From positions 30,118 through 94,117 of the IMG/VR virus record IMGVR_UViG_3300045988_005108: a DNA stretch of 64,000 bases, one strand, 5' to 3'. Within the stretch, counting starts at the first letter, position 1; each line of letters opens with the position of its first letter. The position numbers and the translations under genes are program-made. Below the pieces are notes generated by a model. That model was given only the letters and a program-made list of their open reading frames with translations, was not told the origin of the DNA and searched no databases. This stretch comes from a virus. This document shows, piece by piece, positions 29,760 through 38,656 of this stretch.

Positions 29760-31032
29760 ATCTGTAATTTAATACTTTGAGTATTGTTGTTAATATGTAT
29801 AGTGCAATTTGAGTATTAAGAATTATGCTCTTGTTCTCATTTCTCACTTCTACAATATCTGTAATATCTACAGTTATTTCTCTTCCCTTGAATACACAAA
29901 CTTTCTTGCCTATATGCTGAGCATAGTTATTTACATTATTCCTGCTCCTATCATAGTAAATCCTTCCATTGTCTATGATACACTCTCTCAAGATACCATG
30001 TTCCTTCAAGTCTGCAAATTCAGTAGTCAATTCCCTTTTATTGAATTGGTCATTATACCACTTGATAAACTCATTACTGATAAGCACAATAAATTCAATA
30101 AGTGACATTCCAATAGAATAGGAGCCATTGACATAATTAAATTTGAGTCTCTTAGAGTTAATGAAATACCTCACAAACTCCTTGAATTTGTCAGAAGTGA
30201 TGTTAACTTCATAGTAACCAGGAAACAGATATGTAATGAATCTATTTATACCTGTTTCCATATCACTGGTGCCTAAATTCTCCAAGTAATGATAAGGTCT
30301 CCCAGCAACAGATTCTACAGTTACATACTTACTTAATTCAAGGCAAAACATATTCCACATATCCTCATCATAATCCCTATTGAGGGCACTAATAGTACCA
30401 TTAATAGGACCACTACCTGTACAAGGATTTTGGAATTTGGTGAAATCACTTTTAGGGATACTACTGACATGACTATGCAAATAATTACTCTTGAAGTGAA
30501 GCAGGGTATATTCTGACCTGTTAAGTGTGAATCCACCTCTCAATGTACCATCACACATTACTTTCACCTTAGCCCACAGGTGGTTAATATCCACAAATCT
30601 GTCATGCTCATTAGTTACTCTTACATGAGGAAAATGTACAAGAATGAATATGTCATTGAACTTAGCATTACCAATTCTTTCCTCTACTGTAGTATTTGTA
30701 AGCACATTAACAACCTCCTCTACTTGGTCTTTAGGTAAATCAGTAATGGATATTGCTCCATACATGCTCCAGTCATTCCTATTCATGCCTACAATACTAC
30801 CATTAGGAATATAAGTAGATAGAGGTTCTATATTCATCCAAGATTTGAACTTATCCAAACTCCAATATCCTTGCATATCAACTTTATCCTCCCCAAAGAA
30901 GTCATTGAATATGCCTAATACTCGGAGTGGTCTATCCATCAAGGAGTTATATAGTTCCTCTATCTTCTCCTCAATTAATTTAATTGTTTCTCCACTCATA
31001 TTACTGTAAAAAAAAAGTAGGTAAGGGGGCAT
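29698..31032 (-). CDS. Hypothetical protein (433-444 aa), first gene of the E1/JAB cassette
   Basis: Overlaps the JAB ORF by 41-62 nt; only a weak GS-x12-DxD string (CTGSGPINGTISALNRDYDED); likely start is MSGETIK at 30999. Confidence 0.5.
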   Translation of the reverse strand: MPPYLLFFYSNMSGETIKLIEEKIEELYNSLMDRPLRVLGIFNDFFGEDKVDMQGYWSLDKFKSWMNIEPLSTYIPNGSIVGMNRNDWSMYGAISITDLPKDQVEEVVNVLTNTTVEERIGNAKFNDIFILVHFPHVRVTNEHDRFVDINHLWAKVKVMCDGTLRGGFTLNRSEYTLLHFKSNYLHSHVSSIPKSDFTKFQNPCTGSGPINGTISALNRDYDEDMWNMFCLELSKYVTVESVAGRPYHYLENLGTSDMETGINRFITYLFPGYYEVNITSDKFKEFVRYFINSKRLKFNYVNGSYSIGMSLIEFIVLISNEFIKWYNDQFNKRELTTEFADLKEHGILRECIIDNGRIYYDRSRNNVNNYAQHIGKKVCVFKGREITVDITDIVEVRNENKSIILNTQIALYILTTILKVLNYRYGRNKATHESNQPGTEVRYL

Positions 31033-31055
31033 TTCTAACCTCCTTACCTACTATA

Positions 31056-31595
31056 TTATTTTGCAAATTTCCAAACAAAGCCATAAGATTGAGATACTGA
31101 GACCCACTTACCTCCTCTATAATATCCTCCTCTACAACAATTAAGTATTGGAGCAGTATTATATCCTAACTCTCTTTGTATTTGAGAAGCTGAGTCATAA
31201 GTCTTTACAAGAATATTTGCCCTATATTGCGCTATTTTTAGTCCTCTCTTTTTACTAATTTTCTTCAAAGAGAGCCTTTCTTGAGCACTTCCATAATTTA
31301 CATTGTAACTTTGACTACACCACTCAAGATTGCTCACAACATTATTAATAGGGTTCTCATCTTTATGATTTACATAAGGTAAGTTTGAAGGATTATCAAT
31401 AAAAGCCTGTGCTACAAGTCTGTGTACAAGATAATGTTTCCCTACATTTTCCTTATATAGGCTTACAGATGAATATCCTCTGTTATTCTTGTGCTTGCTT
31501 AGCAAAGCATTCCTACTTAGAGATTTTACATTCCCTAAGTTGGAAACTTCATATAACCCTTCATATCCTTGTATAGGTCTCCATATTTCAACCAT
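31056..31595 (-). CDS. HNH homing endonuclease with NUMOD4-like N-terminus, free-standing
   Basis: WRPIQGYEGLYEVSNLGNVKS (NUMOD4-like) and VNHKDENPINNVVSNLEW (HNH_3-type H-N-N). Confidence 0.75.
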   Translation of the reverse strand: MVEIWRPIQGYEGLYEVSNLGNVKSLSRNALLSKHKNNRGYSSVSLYKENVGKHYLVHRLVAQAFIDNPSNLPYVNHKDENPINNVVSNLEWCSQSYNVNYGSAQERLSLKKISKKRGLKIAQYRANILVKTYDSASQIQRELGYNTAPILNCCRGGYYRGGKWVSVSQSYGFVWKFAK

Positions 31596-31600
31596 ATAAT

Positions 31601-32335
31601 TTAGCCTACAAAATTAAACATATCATCAATCTCATCATCAGAGTAAGGAGAAGCTGACTTAGGCTTGTACTCCTCAGAAGGTTCAGCACTTACTGCAACC
31701 TTACCCCCAAGAATGCCAAGCACTTCCTCTTTCTCATCCTCTTCAATTGTGCCATTGTCCTCAAGAACTTCCACCAACTTACTGATAGCAGCTCTTGCTA
31801 CAGTATCAACACATTCACCACCATTACTTGCAGGTGCTACAGGAGCACTTGCTTCAGGAGTATTTACAGGTGTTTCCTCCTTCTTAGCCTCAGCTTTAGC
31901 CTCAGCTTTAGGAGCAACAGGTGCAGGCTTTAAAGCACCACTGTCCTGTACTAATGCAATAAGGTCAGCAGTTTTACACATAGTGAAGTTCTTACCAAAC
32001 TTCTTTACACAAGCACTCTGCAAACTCATAGACTTGATAGCATTATATGCCTCAGTTCTGCTCATTGCTCCTGACCTAATCTTCTTATTAGTGTTAGTAA
32101 GCATGAAAACCAACTCATTGGTGACAATTCCCTTGTAAGGAACATCATGTGGCAGAACTGAAGCATCATTCTTCAATTCAACCTTTGATGTGCCTTCAAA
32201 GAAGGTCATATCATCATAGTCAATATTATTGGCTCTCAAGTCACTCTTCAACTCAGCAAGGGTCGTGGCTGCTGACATAATAACACTCTTCTTCTGATTC
32301 TTAGTCTGTACGACTGTAATTTTTCTTGCTTCCAT
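31601..32335 (-). CDS. Hypothetical replication-module protein with Ala/Pro/Lys linker and acidic aromatic C-terminal tail
   Basis: 244 aa; PAPVAPKAEAKAEAKKEE linker; C-terminus SDDEIDDMFNFVG resembles SSB-type acidic tips. Confidence 0.5.
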   Translation of the reverse strand: MEARKITVVQTKNQKKSVIMSAATTLAELKSDLRANNIDYDDMTFFEGTSKVELKNDASVLPHDVPYKGIVTNELVFMLTNTNKKIRSGAMSRTEAYNAIKSMSLQSACVKKFGKNFTMCKTADLIALVQDSGALKPAPVAPKAEAKAEAKKEETPVNTPEASAPVAPASNGGECVDTVARAAISKLVEVLEDNGTIEEDEKEEVLGILGGKVAVSAEPSEEYKPKSASPYSDDEIDDMFNFVG

Positions 32336-32375
32336 GTTTTCACTTTTTTTTTTATAAATTGAACTTATTGAAACT

Positions 32376-33437
32376 TTAATCTATACAAAAGGGCAAATCA
32401 TTCCAATCATTGTCCTCTTGTCTTGAAGAGTTAAATAAAGGCTTGATTATTCTAAGGAACTCATCTTTGCCCTTAGCTTTCATCAAATCACTTATATCTT
32501 TCCCTCCATTAAAGGGTGGTAATACTACATTAGTAAATCCTGTTTCCTCAGCTAACTTCTGAGCATCTTTTAATCCTGGCTCATCATTATCCAAGCAAAT
32601 AAAGACTTGTTTATACCTTCTTTTCAGTTCACTAATTGCAGTATCACTCATCCTATATCCCTCACCTTGAATGGCAAGGGATGGTATTCCTGTATTAGCC
32701 CAAAGACATAAAGCATCTTTCAGTGAGGAGCATATACATACTTGCTCCCCATATTCAGGTACTTTAGTCCATAGGCTTACTACAGAATTGTCATGTTTGT
32801 TACTCCACTTATAACCAGCTTTATTGAAAGGCTGATATATCTTTAGGGTAACTTTTCCCTCCTTGTGTTCTACATAAGCATAGGCATACTTATCAGCTCC
32901 AAACACATATCTATGACCATCTTTTATGACAATCTTGTGAGATATGGGGTAAACTTCTGCATATTTGAGCCATTCTAAAGTTATACCATAGGATGCCCAA
33001 TATTCAATATCATAATCTCTCCAATCTCTGACTTTACACTGTAAGTCTGTATCTTTGTTGTAACTACTTGTACTTCTTATAGCACAGGGAGTATATGAAT
33101 GAATACTGGCACCACCACAGAACTTTGAAATGTCCTCATTGATTTTATTTAAGACCTTCTTGAAGCTGCAATTCCACATTTTACCAAGAAGGTCAAACAG
33201 ACCTCCACTATCCTTTGTAGCTAAGTCTGTATAAAATATTCTTACTCCATCAGAAGAATAAAGACCAAAGGAAGGTCTTCTATCCTGTCTAAGAGGACTA
33301 TTGATTATGCACGGAACCTCTGTAATTCCTAAGTAATATGACAGAATATCTGCCTCTGTCACTTTACTTAGAATATCATCAAGGCTCACAGAAGATTTAC
33401 CAGAACTGAATGCCATTACTTTTTTTTTAGAAATCAC
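32376..33437 (-). CDS. Toprim-domain DNA primase (DnaG-like)
   Basis: CSSLKDALCLW (Toprim Glu region) and FICLDNDEPGLKDAQKL (DxD) followed by GGKDISD; 353 aa, adjacent to helicase and SSB-like genes. Confidence 0.6.
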   Translation of the reverse strand: MISKKKVMAFSSGKSSVSLDDILSKVTEADILSYYLGITEVPCIINSPLRQDRRPSFGLYSSDGVRIFYTDLATKDSGGLFDLLGKMWNCSFKKVLNKINEDISKFCGGASIHSYTPCAIRSTSSYNKDTDLQCKVRDWRDYDIEYWASYGITLEWLKYAEVYPISHKIVIKDGHRYVFGADKYAYAYVEHKEGKVTLKIYQPFNKAGYKWSNKHDNSVVSLWTKVPEYGEQVCICSSLKDALCLWANTGIPSLAIQGEGYRMSDTAISELKRRYKQVFICLDNDEPGLKDAQKLAEETGFTNVVLPPFNGGKDISDLMKAKGKDEFLRIIKPLFNSSRQEDNDWNDLPFCID

Positions 33438-34411
33438 TACTTCTTACCAAAATCCCAAGGTGTACCACCAGCATCATTACCAGGAGGGAAAGGCATATCA
33501 CCTGATGCACCAGAGTTACTGAGGTCTGTAGATTCTACATTATACTCCTTCAAGTCACATACAGTAAACTCAGTAGTAGGGTATGCACTAGCAGCCTTTC
33601 TTTCCTGCAAGTTTTCATCCAACTTACTGTAATCAGTGGTGACGTTCTTCAAGAACATCTGATTATAAATAGCCTGATACTGCTTGTTATCATCAGTGGT
33701 TTTTACACCGAACAATATCTTAACCTTGTTATTAGGCTGCAATGCAATAACATCTCTTAGCTCCTTGAAATTACCCTTGAAGTACTCAGCAATGTCCTCA
33801 AGTCTTGCTTCACAATCCTCAGGGTTGTCTACCTTAACCCAAGTATTATTGACATACTTCATTACATTAGGAATGCCAAGATATGCCTTGATGAATTTAG
33901 TAAGCTCTTCCTCACCATGATAAGCAGGTCTATAATCCTTGTCAATATTGGCAGGACCATTCTTATATACAGGAATTTCATGTGCTTTAGCCTGCTCTAT
34001 AGTAACCCAAGCAGTTCTACCATATTTATCAATTACCTGTACCTTAGTTTGGTCTTTATTGTATCTGTATTCATTTCTAATGAAGAAAGATGCCTTAGTA
34101 GTAAACTCAATACCACCACATTTTTCAGCATCAGTCTTAACAATGAAGTCAAGTCTGACATTCTGTACCTTGTGCTTGTCCTCACCTACTTCAACTTCAC
34201 TCAAATATTCAGGGTCATTTTCAAGCTGGGTATTATACAGCTTCTCAAGCTCTGACTTGCTAGGATTTACAGCCAAAACAAATACAGGAGCTACACCTAT
34301 ATATCTCTTTACTGCATTGCCTTCTTTACTCTCTGTTCCTTTACTGAATGCCATAAAGGCATATCCAACTTTTCTATTATTATTCATATTCTTATTTTTT
34401 TTAGTTTCCAA
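33437..34411 (-). CDS. Putative single-stranded DNA-binding protein (tentative)
   Basis: 324 aa, position next to the primase, C-terminal SGASGDMPF...WDFGKK acidic/aromatic tail; no OB-fold motif verified. Confidence 0.3.
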   Translation of the reverse strand: METKKNKNMNNNRKVGYAFMAFSKGTESKEGNAVKRYIGVAPVFVLAVNPSKSELEKLYNTQLENDPEYLSEVEVGEDKHKVQNVRLDFIVKTDAEKCGGIEFTTKASFFIRNEYRYNKDQTKVQVIDKYGRTAWVTIEQAKAHEIPVYKNGPANIDKDYRPAYHGEEELTKFIKAYLGIPNVMKYVNNTWVKVDNPEDCEARLEDIAEYFKGNFKELRDVIALQPNNKVKILFGVKTTDDNKQYQAIYNQMFLKNVTTDYSKLDENLQERKAASAYPTTEFTVCDLKEYNVESTDLSNSGASGDMPFPPGNDAGGTPWDFGKK

Positions 34412-34415
34412 TTAA

Positions 34416-34895
34416 TTATTCTTCAAAAGGCATATCACCAACCTCTGCATCATTAAAAGAGTTAGTAGGGTCAAAAGGAGACTCTTCACCAGCCTTTACT
34501 TCTGTCTCAGGTACCTTCTCAGTATCATCTACTGTTTCAGGCTCAACATTATCAACCTCAGGCTCTTCTACATGAATTTCATATACATTAGCCTCCTCAT
34601 TGAATACCATTATGCCAGCCTTAGGCTCATACTTAGTAACTTTTACAGGCTTACCATCCTTATCAACCTTACCAGTATCTTCTACCTTCTTGACAACCAA
34701 GTCTTCACTTGTGAGACCACCTGTCAAAGCCTTGACACCCATTTCATGTCCCTCAATCTCCTCAATCAGAGCATTATACTCTGCATTAAGTTCATCAATC
34801 TTGGCAGCAATCTTATTCTTCTTTACTACCAAAGGGTTAACATTCTGTGCAATTCTTTTTACACCTGCAAACTGTCTTACTGTTAATGTCTTCAT
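34416..34895 (-). CDS. Hypothetical protein with acidic C-terminal GDMPF tail
   Basis: 159 aa; coiled-coil N-terminus; C-terminus NDAEVGDMPFEE shares GDMPF with the next gene. Confidence 0.5.
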   Translation of the reverse strand: MKTLTVRQFAGVKRIAQNVNPLVVKKNKIAAKIDELNAEYNALIEEIEGHEMGVKALTGGLTSEDLVVKKVEDTGKVDKDGKPVKVTKYEPKAGIMVFNEEANVYEIHVEEPEVDNVEPETVDDTEKVPETEVKAGEESPFDPTNSFNDAEVGDMPFEE

Positions 34896-34906
34896 AATTG
34901 TTTCTT

Positions 34907-35170
34907 TTAATATATTAAAATAACTTTGTTATTATTACTTAATCTAAATACATTGTACTTGGTAATATAATAATCAATTGCAGTTGAATAGAAATTAAGA
35001 GTTATTTGTATTGGTAATTGGGATAGTGTTTTAATAAACAAATCAATCTTACTTTTCTCTTTACCTTTTTCCAATAAGAACTCTTCTAACATCTGTAACT
35101 GACTATTCATATTAAATGGTGTAATACCATATATTTGATTACCAAGTTCTACTGTCTTCTCTCTATCCAT
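34907..35170 (-). CDS. Hypothetical protein (87 aa)
   Basis: ATG overlaps the stop of ATPase exon 2 (ATGGATAG). Confidence 0.5.
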   Translation of the reverse strand: MDREKTVELGNQIYGITPFNMNSQLQMLEEFLLEKGKEKSKIDLFIKTLSQLPIQITLNFYSTAIDYYITKYNVFRLSNNNKVILIY

Positions 35171-35379
35171 AAATCTCCCTCAATTTGTCTACTACTATAG
35201 ACAAATCATTAGGAATCTCATCAGGAAGGTCATCCAATGCACCCAGACTGTCTTTAGCAGGATATTCTCCATCAAACTCCTTGACAAAGTGCTTGATAGG
35301 TCTCTTGTTTTCTGCATCATATCCTACCTTGCCAAAGAGGATAATATCAAACTTACCTTCTGGTGTGATGTAATCGTCC
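35163..35379 (-). CDS. AAA_24/Sak4-like P-loop ATPase, exon 2 (predicted)
   Basis: Start-less open frame ...(V)DDYITPEGKFDIILFGKVGYDAENKRPIKHFVKEFDGEYPAKDSLGALDDLPDEIPNDLSIVVDKLREIYG*; joins exon 1 in frame at the P1/P10-predicted splice site. Confidence 0.65.
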
Positions 35380-36272
35380 CATTTTATGAAACATAACTTA
35401 TGTAGGTAATCATTCTACTATGTTTCCTTAATATTTCTATTAAGATTTGACTATATCTTCAATAGATTTTCTCTTAGCCCACCAAAGTTTAATAGATTCA
35501 CTTCTTTTTCTTTTGGATTCCTCACTTTGGGAAATACCCTTATGAGATTCTGATAGCTTCTTTCTTGTAGACTCTGAAGCCCTTCTTCCCTTATTAGCTA
35601 AACCTATTTTACTTTTATGTTCTTCACTAAGAGGTACACCTTTAAGCCTTTTACTCATAGCCTTCCTAAACTCTATAGAATGCTTAGTTCCAATCTTAGA
35701 CTGTCTAATCTTTTCTATAGCTTCAGAATTATGAATAAATCCTGTACATCCATCACCCCCAGCAGTAAGATTAATTAAATTGGGAAACTGTGAAATCCAA
35801 TATTGCTCCCTTTCCTGCCAAATACCACTTTGACAGGTTTCCAAGAGTTCTATTATAGGTTTCTTATTCTCCTTTAAGATATTAAGAATCCAATTGCTTA
35901 AATGCTTATTATGCTTATTTCCTTTAGCATTGGCAATATGGTTTCCCAATCTCCTACTTAGACTTCTTACAGTCTTACCTACATATCTTACTTCTAAGGT
36001 ATCAGGATGCTTTAATGTGTAAATGTGTACTTCTCTATTGTCTACCATTTCCAAATATAATTGATTACTTTATAAATGTACTCCCCCACAACAGGGGATA
36101 GTCGATGAACCTTGAACTTGTAAATAAGCCCCTTGGCTGCTGATTGCCCATTCCTCCATCACTAAGAATACAACTAATTTTCAAACATTCAAGCTTATTG
36201 TTACCAATTACTTTGTAGTTTAGTTGTCTTTAGGGTGTTCCAGCAATTAGATAGATAATGGCAGACTATGCT
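35380..36272 (-). mobile_element. Group I intron (893 nt) carrying a GIY-YIG endonuclease ORF, inserted in the AAA-ATPase gene
   Basis: 5' exon GAUGGU pairs with intron GCCAUU (splice-site U:G wobble); adjacent GUCU pairs with 3' exon GGAC (P10); intron ends in G; about 210-nt GC-richer core (36055-36272) precedes the ORF. Confidence 0.7.
35440..36054 (-). CDS. GIY-YIG homing endonuclease (intron-encoded) with NUMOD3-like repeats
   Basis: HIYTLKHPDTLEVRYVGKT (GIY-YIG variant), conserved R/H/N downstream, C-terminal repeats SEEHKSKIGLANKG / SESHKGISQSEESKRKRSES. Confidence 0.85.
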   Translation of the reverse strand: MEMVDNREVHIYTLKHPDTLEVRYVGKTVRSLSRRLGNHIANAKGNKHNKHLSNWILNILKENKKPIIELLETCQSGIWQEREQYWISQFPNLINLTAGGDGCTGFIHNSEAIEKIRQSKIGTKHSIEFRKAMSKRLKGVPLSEEHKSKIGLANKGRRASESTRKKLSESHKGISQSEESKRKRSESIKLWWAKRKSIEDIVKS

Positions 36273-36826
36273 ACCATCTTTCCAGTGGTCTTGAACTTAT
36301 AGGAAATAGAGTCACCATTCTTATCCTTATACTCCTCATAGTGGGCACAGCAGATGATATTCTTATCCTCAGGAAGTCCCTTGAAAGCATCAAAGATAAG
36401 ACCCATTCCATAGCCAATTTGCTTAGGAGTATCCCATCCACCTTTCATGGCATTTGCCATATAGAAATCCTGTGCAAGATAATTGAAATCATCAATTACA
36501 ATGTTCTTGAAAGGAGACTTCTTCAGCATATCTATGAGTTCTGCTATCACTGCAAACCTATCAAGACCTGTAAGACTATCTACCTGTACCCTGTTACCTG
36601 TACCAAGGGCATTTGTATTTGTAAGTTTCTGTGTAGGCTTACCTACATTCTCTATTCCAATGCTACCCTCAATTAGTTTGAAGTTAGGGTTAGGAACACC
36701 CCTACCAATACACTGGATAACATAAGTTTCCTTTGGGTCAAGCCCCTTAATACCTAACTTCTCCCTACCACAGTAGGAAGTAGTCTTTCCAAAACCACTT
36801 TTTGCAAGAACTAAAATCTTTGCCAT
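36273..36826 (-). CDS. AAA_24/Sak4-like P-loop ATPase, exon 1
   Basis: MAKILVLAKSGFGKTTS (Walker A), NIVIDDFNYL (Walker B); the track ORF runs 2 codons into the intron before a TAG and is short for this family. Confidence 0.7.
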
Positions 36827-36849
36827 TGTTTTTGTTTTATATGTTACTT

Positions 36850-38055
36850 TTACTTGAAAAGGGCTGCAAATTTACTAAATAGTTTAGTTATCCACAACCC
36901 TTTATTTATTTTACTTATTCCATAGCTAAAAAATGACTTAGCTATCTTTGCTCTCATGTCTTGAAGAGATTTATATACATTCTGTATCTTAGGGTCATCA
37001 GCTTTTGGAAGTTCACTGAAATAATTGGCAGCTCCATCAAAGTATAAAGCTATTATACCTCCTGGGCTTCCACCTCTATTAATAAGCACCTCCAAGAACC
37101 TACAATTATCCCTTAGCTTTGAAATGTCATAACCAAAATATTCTTTAAGTTCATACTTGAAAGGACTAAATATACCTAAAGCTACATTACAATCTCTCAT
37201 AGTATACTTTGAATCAGCAGCTCCTGCAACTGTAGGTCTTACTCTATTGAGTTTTATGTTCTCAATACCTTCATTTTCAAAGGCTTGCTGTTGTACAATT
37301 ACAGGACTAAAGTTATATCTATTTCTAAGTATAACACAGTACTCACTTAATTTGTCAATACTCTGTTTCAAGGACATTCCTCTCTCAGTATTAGTCAATG
37401 ATATATGGTCATAGAATATAATTCTATACTCATCTGGGTCATTAGACTCATACCAATCAAAGGCATCTACAGTAGTAGTTTCTCCTAATTCTCCTTTTAT
37501 AGTTTGCTTCTTAGTATGTACAATACCATTACTCTCTGCATACTTCCTACACTCATTATATACTCCTGTAGGGTTTGTAGATGCACTAAATATAACATTA
37601 CTTTCAAAGAATTTAAGAATATCTAAATACTCATCCTTTTTGAGTAAGTCTATTATAGTTTCATCTAATACCTTATTATTCCTGACAGACCTTAGGTCAG
37701 TTGGACTAATTCTTATCTTGTAACCACTCAATGTGTAGAGTAGATAAGACATGAATCTTGTCATAATATCCTCAGGAGTTTCCTCCAAAGGATAATAAAA
37801 TATCTTAACCCTCAGCTTGTCAGGATTATTATAGGCATAAAGTAGAGTATTATATATGAATAAATAAGATGCTATTTGAGTCTTAGCTGACTTTGTTGAG
37901 CCAGTTACAACATAATACTTACCCTGTTCTACTCCTAAGAAATCCTCACTAAACCTAATAAAAGGAGAAGGAATAGAGTTTATACCACCATTGATGACTT
38001 TTTTTCTCCTTTCTTCAAGACCATTTAATACTCTGTTTATAAGACTTTTATCCAT
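36850..38055 (-). CDS. DnaB-like replicative helicase (RecA-fold C-terminal domain type)
   Basis: YYVVTGSTKSAKTQ (Walker A-like), YYPLEETPEDIMTRF (SLEMS-like), IIFYDHISL (Walker B), VIVQQQAFENEG, DSKYTMRDCNVALGIFSP, VLINRGGSPGG: colinear with DnaB C-domain motifs. Confidence 0.7.
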   Translation of the reverse strand: MDKSLINRVLNGLEERRKKVINGGINSIPSPFIRFSEDFLGVEQGKYYVVTGSTKSAKTQIASYLFIYNTLLYAYNNPDKLRVKIFYYPLEETPEDIMTRFMSYLLYTLSGYKIRISPTDLRSVRNNKVLDETIIDLLKKDEYLDILKFFESNVIFSASTNPTGVYNECRKYAESNGIVHTKKQTIKGELGETTTVDAFDWYESNDPDEYRIIFYDHISLTNTERGMSLKQSIDKLSEYCVILRNRYNFSPVIVQQQAFENEGIENIKLNRVRPTVAGAADSKYTMRDCNVALGIFSPFKYELKEYFGYDISKLRDNCRFLEVLINRGGSPGGIIALYFDGAANYFSELPKADDPKIQNVYKSLQDMRAKIAKSFFSYGISKINKGLWITKLFSKFAALFK

Positions 38056-38056
38056 A

Positions 38057-38656
38057 CTATCTTAACTCTGTATTCCAATCCCTACTTAGAGTATCTTCTT
38101 GTCCGAAGTTCTCAATATAACTAATCAATTCTGAGTCTCCTTCAACCTCACCAGCAGCACCAACTTTCTCTTTGAATATGAAATACTTCAATAACCTCAT
38201 ATATGTATAGTTCCCATTGAAACCTTCTACATACTTACTGGTTGCCTGTATGATTTGCTCATCAGTATAAGTATTTCCATACTTCTTAAAGAATAGCTTT
38301 AATCTTCGTACAATCAAAGCCACTCCATCTGCCCAATAATAGTTAGTGCCATCCTTCTTACCTTTAGGGAATATCTCCTTTAGCCTTGTAGCCAACTGAA
38401 CTAACCTGTCATTAGGTTCTTGCTTCTTGTCAGAATCTACAATCACAGAATCTATCACCTCAGTACCTTTATTAGTGAGTCTCCATCCAACCTGCTGGAA
38501 CAGGTCATCCCTATTAGCAGTTATATAACCTTTCTTGATTAGCTCCTTTTGGGCTGTATCAAGGTCAGCATTATTATGGATAGCAAGCATTAAAAGAGCC
38601 TCAGCAAGACTAATGTTGTTCTTCTGACACCCTTCCTTACTTAAACATATTGTCAT
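38057..38656 (-). CDS. Hypothetical protein (199 aa) between the two helicases
   Basis: Overlapping or adjacent to both helicase genes; no motif recognised. Confidence 0.55.
   Translation of the reverse strand: MTICLSKEGCQKNNISLAEALLMLAIHNNADLDTAQKELIKKGYITANRDDLFQQVGWRLTNKGTEVIDSVIVDSDKKQEPNDRLVQLATRLKEIFPKGKKDGTNYYWADGVALIVRRLKLFFKKYGNTYTDEQIIQATSKYVEGFNGNYTYMRLLKYFIFKEKVGAAGEVEGDSELISYIENFGQEDTLSRDWNTELR

Noticed and set aside
29698-31032. Calling the 444-aa ORF a CD-NTase/pol-beta nucleotidyltransferase (which would make the cassette a CBASS-like operon).
   Set aside because: The only support is a loose GS-x12-DxD string in a non-hydrophobic context. There is no second acidic motif or other NTase features visible by eye. 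It is left as unassigned.
35185-35373. Plus-strand 62-aa ORF in the gap after the GIY-YIG gene.
   Set aside because: The opposite strand of the same segment encodes a convincing C-terminal extension of the AAA ATPase (exon 2), which joins in frame at the predicted splice site.
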